64,000 nt of DNA. Source: Escherichia phage RB14. The stretch is from sequence record NC_012638.1, one strand, 5' to 3'. A program made the translations under genes and the position numbers. Under the pieces are notes generated by a model that was given only the letters and a program-made list of their open reading frames with translations, searched no databases and was not told the DNA's origin. Shown here piece after piece: positions 12,091 to 22,506 of this stretch. Within the stretch, counting starts at the first letter, position 1. Each line of letters opens with the position of its first letter.

Positions 12091-13599
12091 ATGGATATTA
12101 AAGTACATTTTCACGACTTCAGCCATGTACGCATCGATTGTGAAGAGAGCACGTTCCACGAATTAAGAGATTTCTTTTCGTTTGAGGCCGATGGATATAG
12201 GTTTAATCCTCGCTTCAGATATGGCAACTGGGATGGACGAATCCGTCTATTAGATTATAATCGCCTTCTTCCATTCGGCTTAATCGGGCAAATTAAAAAG
12301 TTCTGTGATAATTTTGGCTATAAAGCCTGGATTGACCCACAAATTAACGAAAAAGAAGAATTATCAAGAAAAGATTTTGATGAATGGCTTTCTAAATTAG
12401 AAATCTATTCAGGAAATAAAAGAATTGAACCACACTGGTATCAAAAAGATGCAGTGTTCGAAGGATTAGTTAATCGTCGTAGAATTCTTAATCTTCCAAC
12501 ATCCGCAGGTAAATCTTTAATTCAAGCTTTGCTTGCACGTTATTATTTGGAAAATTATGAAGGTAAAATTCTTATCATTGTTCCAACAACTGCTTTGACA
12601 ACTCAGATGGCTGATGACTTTGTTGATTATCGTTTATTCAGTCATGCAATGATAAAGAAAATCGGCGGCGGAGCATCAAAAGATGATAAATATAAAAATG
12701 ATGCACCGGTAATTGTTGGTACATGGCAAACTGTAGTAAAACAACCAAAAGAATGGTTCTCACAGTTTGGAATGATGATGAATGATGAATGCCATCTTGC
12801 TACAGGAAAAAGTATTTCATCTATAATATCAGGTTTAAATAACTGCATGTTTAAATTTGGTCTATCAGGTTCATTACGTGACGGCAAAGCTAATATCATG
12901 CAGTATGTTGGAATGTTTGGTGAAATATTTAAGCCAGTAACGACTTCTAAATTAATGGAAGATGGACAAGTAACTGAGCTAAAAATTAATAGTATTTTTC
13001 TTCGTTATCCTGATGAGTTCACTACTAAATTAAAGGGAAAAACTTATCAAGAAGAAATAAAAATTATTACTGGACTCAGTAAAAGAAATAAATGGATCGC
13101 TAAATTAGCTATTAAGCTTGCGCAAAAAGATGAAAACGCTTTTGTCATGTTTAAACATGTATCGCATGGTAAAGCTATTTTCGATTTAATTAAAAATGAA
13201 TACGATAAAGTTTATTACGTATCAGGGGAAGTTGATACCGAAACACGCAATATAATGAAAACCTTAGCTGAAAATGGTAAAGGAATAATTATAGTAGCTA
13301 GTTATGGTGTATTTTCTACTGGCATTTCAGTTAAAAATCTTCATCACGTTGTTTTAGCGCACGGTGTTAAATCAAAAATCATTGTATTACAAACAATTGG
13401 TCGTGTATTACGTAAGCATGGTTCTAAAACAATCGCAACAGTCTGGGACCTCATAGATGATTGTGGTGTTAAGCCAAAATCTGCTAATACTAAAAAGAAA
13501 TATGTTCATTTGAACTATCTTTTAAAACACGGCATTGATCGTATTCAGCGCTATGCAGATGAAAAATTTAATTACGTAATGAAAACAGTTAATTTATAA
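12091..13599 (+). CDS. uvsW: UvsW RNA-DNA/DNA helicase (502 aa)
   Basis: Walker A-like TSAGKS and DECH box; 502 aa as in T4 UvsW. Confidence 0.92.
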   Translation: MDIKVHFHDFSHVRIDCEESTFHELRDFFSFEADGYRFNPRFRYGNWDGRIRLLDYNRLLPFGLIGQIKKFCDNFGYKAWIDPQINEKEELSRKDFDEWLSKLEIYSGNKRIEPHWYQKDAVFEGLVNRRRILNLPTSAGKSLIQALLARYYLENYEGKILIIVPTTALTTQMADDFVDYRLFSHAMIKKIGGGASKDDKYKNDAPVIVGTWQTVVKQPKEWFSQFGMMMNDECHLATGKSISSIISGLNNCMFKFGLSGSLRDGKANIMQYVGMFGEIFKPVTTSKLMEDGQVTELKINSIFLRYPDEFTTKLKGKTYQEEIKIITGLSKRNKWIAKLAIKLAQKDENAFVMFKHVSHGKAIFDLIKNEYDKVYYVSGEVDTETRNIMKTLAENGKGIIIVASYGVFSTGISVKNLHHVVLAHGVKSKIIVLQTIGRVLRKHGSKTIATVWDLIDDCGVKPKSANTKKKYVHLNYLLKHGIDRIQRYADEKFNYVMKTVNL

Positions 13600-13624
13600 G
13601 GGCTTCGGCCCTTTGGAGAAAAAG

Positions 13625-13855
13625 ATGTTACTAGAATTTAAACAATTTCTTTATGAAGCTTCTATTGATGAATTTATGGGTAAAATTGCCTCTTGTCAAA
13701 CATTAGAAGGTTTAGAAGAACTTGAAGCTTATTATAAGAAAAGAGTCAAAGAAACTGAATTAAAAGATACTGATGACATCTCTGTGAGAGATGCTTTGGC
13801 AGGAAAAAGAGCTGAATTAGAAGATTCAGACGATGAAGTAGAAGAAAGCTTTTAA
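13625..13855 (+). CDS. uvsW.1: UvsW.1 small protein (76 aa)
   Basis: Track start 13613 is TTG; first ATG at 13625 gives 76 aa with GGAG upstream. Confidence 0.75.
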   Translation: MLLEFKQFLYEASIDEFMGKIASCQTLEGLEELEAYYKKRVKETELKDTDDISVRDALAGKRAELEDSDDEVEESF

Positions 13856-13911
13856 ATTAAAAAAAGGCCCAACCAAAAAGGAAGGGCCAAAACTATAGAC
13901 TAAAGGTCACA

Positions 13912-14079
13912 CTATAGCAAAAGTTGTGTTTCATTTAATTGTTCTTCCGAACTTTCTGAAACTGGTAGTTCTTTAATGTAATTATAGCAAGGCCCAGGAT
14001 GTACAGGACCTTTGTCTGTTTCAACAACCAATGCAGAATCGATTGGAGTTTTACAGACAACACAAATCTTATCTGACAT
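13912..14079 (-). CDS. Small hypothetical protein (uvsY.-2 position, 55 aa)
   Basis: ATG at 14079, 168 nt in-frame ORF found by hand (below the track length cut-off); contains CxxC ... PC pattern. Confidence 0.5.
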   Translation of the reverse strand: MSDKICVVCKTPIDSALVVETDKGPVHPGPCYNYIKELPVSESSEEQLNETQLLL

Positions 14080-14107
14080 GATTGTCTCCTCTGAATTATA
14101 TATCTAT

Positions 14108-14332
14108 TTATACAACTCTCATATGCATATCAATGCCCATATCTTTAGAATAAAAATATTCATCAAGATATCCAGCAAATTTTCCTTTAATATAAAGGAC
14201 ATCTTCGCCACACGGGTGGTCGGCCAGGATACGAATATCCTGACGCTTAAGATTATGCTTTTTCATTAAAAATTGAATTTCCGTTTCAAATTCTTCTTCA
14301 TAATTAAAAGCATCATCAATGCTATATCTCAT
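14108..14332 (-). CDS. Small hypothetical protein (uvsY.-1 position, 74 aa)
   Basis: ATG start, abuts uvsY stop. Confidence 0.65.
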   Translation of the reverse strand: MRYSIDDAFNYEEEFETEIQFLMKKHNLKRQDIRILADHPCGEDVLYIKGKFAGYLDEYFYSKDMGIDMHMRVV

Positions 14333-14745
14333 TATTTTCCAGCCTCAAATGCCCGCATGTCTTGAATATGCTTAATAGCAAATCCACGTGATTTAATAGC
14401 ATCAAGAGCTCCGCTACAGAAATCCAATAAAATCCCCCAATACTGCAGCGAGGTATCAACCTTTAAAACATCCTTATCAGCTGATAGAACTGTTTTCATT
14501 TCTGATTTCTCGTAACGATCCATACTAAATTCATCACCATCTCCTCGTCCCGAGTAGTAGTCTAATTTAGCTTTAAGAGCAACTTTTTTCTGTGCGTCAA
14601 TTCTAAGCATTTCCTTTTTAATACTTGAATGCTTATTAAGCCATTTACTATATAACATCACATTATTAGCTGCTTCATACTGTAATTTAGTCGAATCTAT
14701 AAACACATCTTTCTTCAATTCTTCTTGAAGATCTTCTAATCTCAT
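14332..14745 (-). CDS. uvsY: Recombination mediator UvsY (137 aa)
   Basis: 137 aa; matches recalled T4 UvsY; MotA-type middle promoter upstream. Confidence 0.93.
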   Translation of the reverse strand: MRLEDLQEELKKDVFIDSTKLQYEAANNVMLYSKWLNKHSSIKKEMLRIDAQKKVALKAKLDYYSGRGDGDEFSMDRYEKSEMKTVLSADKDVLKVDTSLQYWGILLDFCSGALDAIKSRGFAIKHIQDMRAFEAGK

Positions 14746-14785
14746 ATTGTTCTCTATTCAATTGTTATTGGATGGACTTAGATTC

Positions 14786-14813
14786 ATTATACCACGTTTA
14801 TACGTGAAGCATT
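14786..14813 (-). promoter_or_regulatory. MotA-dependent middle promoter for uvsY
   Basis: MotA box AATGCTTCA, 13 nt spacer, then TATAAT on the minus strand. Confidence 0.75.
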
Positions 14814-15210
14814 ATACTCTATTACTAGAAGCCAATTGCAGTTTTATCTGCTCAATATCATCGGGGTTATCGATGACCGAAAAGCGTATTTCTACTATCA
14901 GAGTATAATCATCATAAACGGGTATCACATTAACTGATAATTTATCAATACGCGGCTCATAGTTTCTTACTGCGCTTTCGATATTGCGCTCAACTGTATC
15001 AGCAGTAAGAGGAGTCATATTTTCAAAAAGCTGGTCTGATAAATCACATCCAAATTCAGGGTCAAACGGTCTTGAACCTTTTCTTGTTGTAATAATTCCC
15101 AAAAGACTGTTTTTAATTGACCTTAATCCAAGTGATCTGGAAACATCTTTGTTCCAATCCATTTTCATTTCCGGGTCAATATCAGAATAAAGCTTATTAA
15201 TATTTGCCAT
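14812..15210 (-). CDS. 25: Baseplate wedge protein gp25 (132 aa)
   Basis: 132 aa; T4 position next to gene 26. Confidence 0.9.
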   Translation of the reverse strand: MANINKLYSDIDPEMKMDWNKDVSRSLGLRSIKNSLLGIITTRKGSRPFDPEFGCDLSDQLFENMTPLTADTVERNIESAVRNYEPRIDKLSVNVIPVYDDYTLIVEIRFSVIDNPDDIEQIKLQLASSNRV

Positions 15211-15836
15211 TATAGTAACTCAAAGAACTCTTTGAGGCCTCTTATTACATGAGCATGGGTTTTTCCACACTCTGGACATTTAATTGGAACAGCCAAATAA
15301 ACGGTAGGTTTTAAAAGCATATCTTTTATAGCTACAATATCTGACTCTGTGATGATAGAATATAAATCTTCTAGTTCCTTTTCATTTAAGTCTTCAACTG
15401 GAATGCTTTCCCCGTTAGCATGAATCGTTTCTATACATGATACTATCATGTGGGCTATATTTTTATCATCAAAAATTTTAGGGTATCGGAATTTAATTTT
15501 AATGTCACCCAGTGTATACCAGAGGTCTTCTGGTGCATCTATTTGTGTGTGTAATAGATTTATATGGGTTGGTATTTCAGTTCCACAGGTGCACTTCCAG
15601 GAGTTTTCGTGATTAACTTCGCCGAGAGAATGTGCCCATAAATGAATCAACAATAGTTCTGATTCTTGGCGGTTTAAATCTTTTGCATTTGTGCAGTCTT
15701 TGATTAGCTTTTTAACAATTACTTCTACAGAACCATTATTTTTGGCAGTAATAAGTTCTAGATATTCTTTAAGCGTGAATGCGCGACAATTGATTATTTT
15801 AGAACCAACTCTCACATCAAATTTGTATTCATACAT
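15210..15836 (-). CDS. 26: Baseplate hub protein gp26 (208 aa)
   Basis: 208 aa; late promoter (reverse TATAAATA) immediately upstream. Confidence 0.88.
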   Translation of the reverse strand: MYEYKFDVRVGSKIINCRAFTLKEYLELITAKNNGSVEVIVKKLIKDCTNAKDLNRQESELLLIHLWAHSLGEVNHENSWKCTCGTEIPTHINLLHTQIDAPEDLWYTLGDIKIKFRYPKIFDDKNIAHMIVSCIETIHANGESIPVEDLNEKELEDLYSIITESDIVAIKDMLLKPTVYLAVPIKCPECGKTHAHVIRGLKEFFELL

Positions 15837-15857
15837 ATTTAGCTCCTTTATTTATCA

Positions 15858-15869
15858 TATTTATAAATA
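15858..15869. promoter_or_regulatory. Overlapping divergent late promoters for gene 26 (minus) and gene 51 (plus)
   Basis: Plus sequence TATTTATAAATA holds TATAAATA on both strands. Confidence 0.7.
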
Positions 15870-15886
15870 GAATAAAAGGAGCATCT

Positions 15887-16636
15887 ATGGCAAACATTAT
15901 TCGTTGTAAATTACCAGATGGTGTTCATCGTTTTAAACCATTTACGGTAGAAGATTATCGAGATTTTTTGTTAGTTCGAAACGATATAGAACATCGGTCA
16001 CCACAAGAACAAAAAGAAATAATTACTGATTTAATTGATGATTATTTTGGAGACTATCCGAAGACTTGGCAACCATTTATATTTTTGCAGGTATTTGTAG
16101 GGTCGATAGGTAAAACTAAAGTACCAGTCACATTCGTATGTCCAAAATGTAAAAAAGAAAAGACAGTTCCATTTGAAATATATCAAAAAGAATTAAAGGA
16201 ACCTGTTTTTGATGTAGCTAATGTTAAAATTAAATTAAAGTTTCCTTCTGAGTTTTATGAAAATAAAGCAAAGATGATTACTGAAAATATTCATTCCGTT
16301 CAAGTAGATGAAATATGGTATGATTGGAAGGAAATTAGTGAATCAAGCCAAATAGAACTTGTTGATGCCATCGAGATAGAAACATTAGAAAAAATTCTCG
16401 ATGCAATGAATCCTATTAATTTAACTCTACATATGTCATGCTGTAATAAGTACATTAAAAAATACACTGATATAGTAGACGTGTTTAAGCTATTAGTTAA
16501 CCCAGATGAGATATTTACTTTTTATCAAATTAATCACACACTCGTAAAAAGTAATTATAGCTTAAATTCAATAATGAAAATGATTCCTGCCGAGCGCGGA
16601 TTCGTATTAAAACTGATTGAGAAGGATAAACAATAA
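15887..16636 (+). CDS. 51: Baseplate hub assembly protein gp51 (249 aa)
   Basis: 249 aa; divergent from gene 26 with its own TATAAATA. Confidence 0.88.
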   Translation: MANIIRCKLPDGVHRFKPFTVEDYRDFLLVRNDIEHRSPQEQKEIITDLIDDYFGDYPKTWQPFIFLQVFVGSIGKTKVPVTFVCPKCKKEKTVPFEIYQKELKEPVFDVANVKIKLKFPSEFYENKAKMITENIHSVQVDEIWYDWKEISESSQIELVDAIEIETLEKILDAMNPINLTLHMSCCNKYIKKYTDIVDVFKLLVNPDEIFTFYQINHTLVKSNYSLNSIMKMIPAERGFVLKLIEKDKQ

Positions 16637-17811
16637 TGAGTATGTTGCAACGCCCCGGATATCCAAATCTCAGCGTTAAATTATTTGATAGCTACGACGC
16701 TTGGAGTAATAATAGATTTGTTGAATTAGCTGCTACTATTACTACATTAACTATGCGGGATTCTCTTTATGGCCGAAATGAAGGAATGCTGCAGTTTTAT
16801 GATTCTAAAAACATCCATACAAAAATGGATGGAAATGAAATAATTCAGATTTCTGTAGCTAATGCAAATGATATTAATAATGTTAAAACACGAATTTATG
16901 GATGTAAGCATTTTTCCGTGTCAGTAGATTCAAAAGGTGATAACATCATTGCTATTGAATTGGGAACTATTCATTCTATAGAAAATCTTAAATTTGGTAG
17001 ACCATTTTTCCCTGATGCAGGTGAATCTATAAAAGAAATGCTTGGTGTCATTTATCAAGACCGTACATTATTAACTCCAGCGATAAATGCTATAAATGCT
17101 TATGTTCCTGATATTCCATGGACTAGCACATTTGAAAACTATTTGTCATATGTAAGAGAAGTTGCTCTAGCTGTAGGAAGCGACAAATTTGTATTTGTAT
17201 GGCAAGACATCATGGGAGTTAACATGATGGACTATGATATGATGATAAATCAAGAACCATATCCAATGATTGTCGGTGAGCCATCTTTAATAGGTCAATT
17301 TGTCCAAGAATTAAAATATCCATTAGCATATGATTTCGTTTGGTTGACTAAATCGAATCCTCACAAACGTGATCCAATGAAAAACGCTACTATCTATGCG
17401 CATTCATTTTTAGATTCTTCATTACCAATGATTACTACAGGAAAGGGTGAAAACTCTATTGTAGTGTCAAGGTCAGGTGCTTATTCTGAAATGACTTATA
17501 GGAATGGATATGAAGAAGCTATTCGTCTTCAAACTATGGCACAATATGACGGCTATGCTAAATGTTCTACTGTCGGTAATTTTAACTTGACTCCTGGCGT
17601 TAAAATTATTTTTAATGATAGTAAAAACCAATTTAAAACAGAATTTTACGTTGATGAAGTTATCCATGAATTATCCAATAATAATTCAGTAACTCATCTA
17701 TATATGTTCACTAATGCAACGAAACTGGAAACAATAGACCCAGTTAAGGTTAAAAATGAATTTAAATCTGATACTACCACTGAAGAAAGTAGTTCTTCCA
17801 ATAAGCAATAA
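16636..17811 (+). CDS. 27: Baseplate hub protein gp27 (391 aa)
   Basis: 391 aa; ATGA-type junction with gene 51. Confidence 0.9.
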   Translation: MSMLQRPGYPNLSVKLFDSYDAWSNNRFVELAATITTLTMRDSLYGRNEGMLQFYDSKNIHTKMDGNEIIQISVANANDINNVKTRIYGCKHFSVSVDSKGDNIIAIELGTIHSIENLKFGRPFFPDAGESIKEMLGVIYQDRTLLTPAINAINAYVPDIPWTSTFENYLSYVREVALAVGSDKFVFVWQDIMGVNMMDYDMMINQEPYPMIVGEPSLIGQFVQELKYPLAYDFVWLTKSNPHKRDPMKNATIYAHSFLDSSLPMITTGKGENSIVVSRSGAYSEMTYRNGYEEAIRLQTMAQYDGYAKCSTVGNFNLTPGVKIIFNDSKNQFKTEFYVDEVIHELSNNNSVTHLYMFTNATKLETIDPVKVKNEFKSDTTTEESSSSNKQ

Positions 17812-18289
17812 AGAAGTTTCTATTCCTAAAATGGGTCTTAAACATTATAACATTTTAAAAGATGTTAAAGGCCCTGATGAAAATTTAAAACTTCTTATTG
17901 ATTCTATTTGTCCGAATTTGTCACCGGCAGAAGTTGATTTCGTTTCTATTCATTTATTGGAATTTAATGGAAAGATTAAATCTCGTAAAGAAATAGATGG
18001 CTATACTTATGACATTAATGATGTTTATGTATGCCAAAGATTAGAATTTCAATACCAAGGAAATACATTTTATTTTAGACCTCCTGGAAAATTTGAACAA
18101 TTTTTAACGGTGAGCGATATGTTATCTAAATGCTTGCTTAAGGTCAACGATGAAGTTAAAGAAATTAATTTTCTTGAGATGCCAGCATTCGTTTTAAAAT
18201 GGGCAAATGATATTTTTACAACTTTAGCAATTCCTGGCCCTAATGGTCCAATAACTGGAATTGGCAATATTATTGGATTATTTGAATGA
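17756..18289 (+). CDS. 28: Baseplate hub distal protein gp28 (177 aa)
   Basis: 177 aa; overlaps the 3' end of gene 27. Confidence 0.85.
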   Translation: MNLNLILPLKKVVLPISNKEVSIPKMGLKHYNILKDVKGPDENLKLLIDSICPNLSPAEVDFVSIHLLEFNGKIKSRKEIDGYTYDINDVYVCQRLEFQYQGNTFYFRPPGKFEQFLTVSDMLSKCLLKVNDEVKEINFLEMPAFVLKWANDIFTTLAIPGPNGPITGIGNIIGLFE

Positions 18290-20058
18290 AAAAGCCACAA
18301 GAAATGCAAACGATGCGTAGAAAAGTTATTTCAGATAATAAACCAACACAGGAAGCGGCTAAATCCGCTTCTAATACTTTATCTGGACTTAACGATATAT
18401 CTACGAAATTGGATGATGCTCAAGCTGCTTCTGAATTAATTGCTCAAACTGTCGAAGAAAAATCGAATGAAATAATTGGAGCAATTGACAATGTAGAAAG
18501 CGCAGTGAGTGATACTACTGCTGGTTCTGAGTTAATTGCTGAAACTGTCGAAATTGGCAATAATATTAATAAAGAAATCGGTGAATCGCTCGGAAGCAAA
18601 TTAGATAAATTAACAAGTTTACTAGAGCAAAAAATCCAGACAGCTGGAATTCAACAGACTGGAACTAGTTTAGCCACTGTTGAAAGCGCTATTCCTGTTA
18701 AAGTCGTTGAGGATGATACTGCTGAATCTGTGGGTCCTTTATTACCAGCTCCTGAAGCAGTTAATAATGATCCTGACGCTGATTTTTTCCCTACCCCTCA
18801 GCCAGTTGAACCCAAACAAGAATCACCAGAAGAAAAACAGAAAAAAGAAGCATTTAACTTAAAATTATCTCAAGCTTTAGATAAATTAACGAAGACTGTT
18901 GATTTTGGATTTAAAAAATCCATTTCAATTACTGATAAAATATCAAGCATGCTATTTAAGTACACCGTCAGTGCTGCTATTGAAGCTGCTAAAATGACTG
19001 CAATGATATTGGCTGTTGTTGTTGGAATAGACCTTTTGATGGTTCACTTTAAATACTGGTCAGATAAATTTTCAAAAGCCTGGGATTTATTTAATACTGA
19101 CTTTACTAAATTCTCTAGCGAAACCGGAACATGGGGTCCTTTATTACAGAGCATCTTTGATTCTATTGATAAAATTAAACAACTTTGGGAAGCGGGAGAT
19201 TGGGGCGGATTGACAGCAGCTATCGTAGAAGGACTCGGAAGTGTTCTTTTTAATTTAGGAGAGCTTATTCAATTAGGTATGGCTAAATTATCTGCTGCAA
19301 TTCTTCGAGTCATTCCTGGTATGAAGGATACCGCTGATGAAGTAGAAGGAAGAGCATTGGAAAATTTCCAAAATTCTACTGGAGCATCTCTCAATAAAGA
19401 AGACCAAGAAAAAGTTGCAAATTATCAAGATAAACGAATGAACGGAGACCTTGGTCCGATAGCAAAAGGATTAGATAAAATTGCTAATTGGAAAACTCGT
19501 GCATCTAATTGGATTCGTGGGGTTGATAATAAAGAAGCACTAACTACCGACGAAGAACGCGCAGCAGAAGAAGAAAAATTAAAGCAACTTTCACCTGAAG
19601 AAAGAAAAAATGCTTTAATGAAGGCTAATGAAGCCCGTGCCGCAATGATTCGCTTTGAAAAATATGCTGATTCAGCTGATATGAGTAAAGACTCAACGGT
19701 TAAATCAGTTGAAGCTGCCTATGAAGACCTTAAAAAACGGATGGATGACCCGGATTTAAATAATTCACCGGCAGTTAAAAAAGAACTTGCTGCTAGATTT
19801 TCTAAAATTGATGCTACTTATCAAGAGCTCAAGAAAAATCAGCCTAATGCCAAACCTGAAACTTCTGCTAAATCGCCAGAAGCAAAACAAGTCCAGGTTA
19901 TTGAAAAGAACAAAGCACAGCAAGCTCCTGTTCAACAAGCATCTCCTTCAATCAATAATACTAATAATGTTATTAAGAAAAATACTGTCGTTCATAATAT
20001 GACACCTGTCACAAGCACAACTGCTCCTGGTGTATTTGGCGCGACTGGAGTTAATTAA
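18286..20058 (+). CDS. 29: Baseplate hub / tail length determinator gp29 (590 aa)
   Basis: 590 aa; central hydrophobic segment and extended Ala/Glu/Lys-rich helices. Confidence 0.9.
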   Translation: MKKPQEMQTMRRKVISDNKPTQEAAKSASNTLSGLNDISTKLDDAQAASELIAQTVEEKSNEIIGAIDNVESAVSDTTAGSELIAETVEIGNNINKEIGESLGSKLDKLTSLLEQKIQTAGIQQTGTSLATVESAIPVKVVEDDTAESVGPLLPAPEAVNNDPDADFFPTPQPVEPKQESPEEKQKKEAFNLKLSQALDKLTKTVDFGFKKSISITDKISSMLFKYTVSAAIEAAKMTAMILAVVVGIDLLMVHFKYWSDKFSKAWDLFNTDFTKFSSETGTWGPLLQSIFDSIDKIKQLWEAGDWGGLTAAIVEGLGSVLFNLGELIQLGMAKLSAAILRVIPGMKDTADEVEGRALENFQNSTGASLNKEDQEKVANYQDKRMNGDLGPIAKGLDKIANWKTRASNWIRGVDNKEALTTDEERAAEEEKLKQLSPEERKNALMKANEARAAMIRFEKYADSADMSKDSTVKSVEAAYEDLKKRMDDPDLNNSPAVKKELAARFSKIDATYQELKKNQPNAKPETSAKSPEAKQVQVIEKNKAQQAPVQQASPSINNTNNVIKKNTVVHNMTPVTSTTAPGVFGATGVN

Positions 20059-20066
20059 GGAATAAT

Positions 20067-21161
20067 ATGGCAATTGTTAAAGAAATAACTGCTGATTTAA
20101 TTAAAAAGTCCGGTGAGAAAATTTCAGCCGGACAGAGTACTAAATCAGAAGTAGGAACTAAAACATACACTGCCCAGTTTCCAACTGGGCGTGCTAGTGG
20201 TAATGACACTACAGGGGACTTCCAGGTAACAGATCTATATAAGAATGGATTATTATTTACTGCATACAATATGTCATCTAGGGATTCTGGAAGTCTTAGA
20301 TCGATGAGATCTAACTACTCTTCTTCATCTTCGAGTATTTTACGTACAGCTAGAAACACTATTAGTAGTACAGTATCAAAACTATCAAATGGATTAATAT
20401 CAAATAATAATTCAGGAACAATAAGTAAAGCTCCTATCGCAAACATTCTTTTACCGAGATCTAAATCTGATGTTGATACATCATCACATAGATTTAATGA
20501 TGTTCAAGAAAGCCTTATCAGTAGAGGCGGAGGTACTGCTACTGGTGTGCTAAGTAATATTGCTTCAACCGCAGTATTTGGGGCGCTGGAAAGTATAACA
20601 CAAGGTATAATGGCTGATAATAATGAACAGATTTATACGACAGCCAGAAGTATGTATGGTGGTGCTGAAAATAGAACTAAAGTGTTTACATGGGATTTGA
20701 CTCCACGTTCAACAGAAGATTTAATGGCTATTATTAATATCTATCAATATTTTAACTATTTTTCTTATGGTGAAACGGGTAAATCTCAATATGCTGCTGA
20801 AATAAAGGGGTATTTAGATGATTGGTATCGTTCTACGTTAATTGAACCTTTATCTCCGGAAGACGCAGCTAAAAATAAAACACTATTTGAGAAAATGACA
20901 TCGAGTTTAACTAACGTTCTAGTAGTTTCAAACCCGACAGTTTGGATGGTGAAAAACTTTGGTGCAACATCTAAGTTTGATGGAAAAACGGAAATATTTG
21001 GTCCATGCCAAATACAGAGCATTAGATTTGATAAAACACCTAATGGTAACTTTAACGGATTAGCTATTGCTCCAAACCTCCCTAGTACATTTACTCTCGA
21101 GATTACTATGAGAGAAATTATCACGTTAAACCGTGCTTCTTTATATGCGGGGACTTTTTAA
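20067..21161 (+). CDS. 48: Baseplate-tail tube junction protein gp48 (364 aa)
   Basis: 364 aa; position between 29 and 54. Confidence 0.88.
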   Translation: MAIVKEITADLIKKSGEKISAGQSTKSEVGTKTYTAQFPTGRASGNDTTGDFQVTDLYKNGLLFTAYNMSSRDSGSLRSMRSNYSSSSSSILRTARNTISSTVSKLSNGLISNNNSGTISKAPIANILLPRSKSDVDTSSHRFNDVQESLISRGGGTATGVLSNIASTAVFGALESITQGIMADNNEQIYTTARSMYGGAENRTKVFTWDLTPRSTEDLMAIINIYQYFNYFSYGETGKSQYAAEIKGYLDDWYRSTLIEPLSPEDAAKNKTLFEKMTSSLTNVLVVSNPTVWMVKNFGATSKFDGKTEIFGPCQIQSIRFDKTPNGNFNGLAIAPNLPSTFTLEITMREIITLNRASLYAGTF

Positions 21162-22126
21162 TGTATTCTTTAGAGGAATTTAATAATCAAGCAATAAACG
21201 CAGATTTCCAACGTAATAATATGTTTAGCTGCGTTTTTGCAACAACTCCATCAACTAAAAGCTCTTCGTTGATAAGTTCAATTAGCAACTTTTCTTATAA
21301 TAACTTGGGCCTAAATTCAGATTGGCTAGGATTAACTCAAGGTGATATTAATCAGGGAATTACCACGCTAATTACAGCTGGCACACAAAAACTGATAAGA
21401 AAATCAGGGGTTAGTAAATATCTTATTGGTGCCATGAGTCAACGTACAGTTCAAAGTTTATTAGGCTCATTTACAGTTGGTACATATTTAATTGACTTCT
21501 TTAACATGGCATATAACTCATCTGGATTGATGATATATTCTGTAAAAATGCCAGAGAATAGATTATCCTATGAAACTGACTGGAACTATAATTCTCCTAA
21601 TATTCGTATAACTGGAAGAGAATTAGACCCTTTGGTTATTTCATTTAGAATGGATTCAGAAGCATGTAACTATCGTGCAATGCAAGACTGGGTTAACGCT
21701 GTTCAAGACCCAGTAACTGGATTACGTGCTTTGCCACAAGATGTCGAGGCAGATATTCAGGTTAATCTTCATTCTCGTAATGGATTGCCTCATACTGCGG
21801 TGATGTTCACTGGATGCATTCCAATATCAGTGAGCGCTCCTGAGTTATCATATGATGGAGATAACCAAATAACTACATTTGACGTTACTTTTGCGTATAG
21901 AGTGATGCAGGCTGGAGCAGTTGATAGGCAAGCTGCGCTTGAATGGCTTGAATCTGCTGCTATAAATGGTATTCAAAGCGTTCTCGGAAATAGTGGAGGT
22001 GTTACTGGACTACCTAATTCGCTTTCACGACTTAGTAGATTAGGAGGAACTGCAGGAAGCATTTCAAACATTAATACTATGACAGGGATTGTCAATTCGC
22101 AGAGTAAAATATTAGGAGCAATATAA
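21161..22126 (+). CDS. 54: Baseplate-tail tube initiator gp54 (321 aa)
   Basis: 321 aa; ATGA overlap with gene 48; terminator downstream. Confidence 0.88.
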   Translation: MYSLEEFNNQAINADFQRNNMFSCVFATTPSTKSSSLISSISNFSYNNLGLNSDWLGLTQGDINQGITTLITAGTQKLIRKSGVSKYLIGAMSQRTVQSLLGSFTVGTYLIDFFNMAYNSSGLMIYSVKMPENRLSYETDWNYNSPNIRITGRELDPLVISFRMDSEACNYRAMQDWVNAVQDPVTGLRALPQDVEADIQVNLHSRNGLPHTAVMFTGCIPISVSAPELSYDGDNQITTFDVTFAYRVMQAGAVDRQAALEWLESAAINGIQSVLGNSGGVTGLPNSLSRLSRLGGTAGSISNINTMTGIVNSQSKILGAI

Positions 22127-22130
22127 CAAT

Positions 22131-22160
22131 GGGGACCTTTCGGTCCCCATATTTTTATTT
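22131..22160. terminator. Bidirectional terminator between gene 54 and the alt.-3-position gene
   Basis: GGGGACC-TTTCG-GTCCCC hairpin followed by ATATTTTTATTT. Confidence 0.8.
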
Positions 22161-22445
22161 ACGGAATGAAATAAAAGCAGCAACTGAAGCAACTAAACTG
22201 TCTTCAATATAAACTTCAATTTTTACCGGAGCTTCTGACTCAAATTTACCTGTTACTACACCTTGAAAAATACTTTCAGTCTGTTCTGGCTTTGAAAAAT
22301 TTTCAGAAGGAAAAATTCCGAACTTTTTATCTGTTCCAAAAATTTTGATAAATTCATCGTAAACTGCTTCATTAAAAGCATTATCAGCAGGAATAACGCC
22401 TTCAACGACGAGTTCTTGACCTAAAAAGCGCAAAGAAGATTTCAT
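22155..22445 (-). CDS. Hypothetical protein (alt.-3 position, 96 aa)
   Basis: ATG start with GAGG Shine-Dalgarno; own early promoter/leader cassette upstream. Confidence 0.7.
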   Translation of the reverse strand: MKSSLRFLGQELVVEGVIPADNAFNEAVYDEFIKIFGTDKKFGIFPSENFSKPEQTESIFQGVVTGKFESEAPVKIEVYIEDSLVASVAAFISFRK

Positions 22446-22452
22446 TTTGTGT

Positions 22453-22506
22453 TCCTCATGTTATGTCAGTAAGACTACTATAACACAACATGAGGGACTT
22501 GTAAAC
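22453..22506 (-). repeat. 54 bp promoter/leader cassette, copy 1 (partner at 38230-38283, 52/54 identical)
   Basis: Direct alignment of the two stretches. Confidence 0.9.
22477..22506 (-). promoter_or_regulatory. Early sigma70-type promoter for the alt.-3-position gene
   Basis: Minus strand GTTTACA, 17 nt, TATAGT. Confidence 0.65.
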
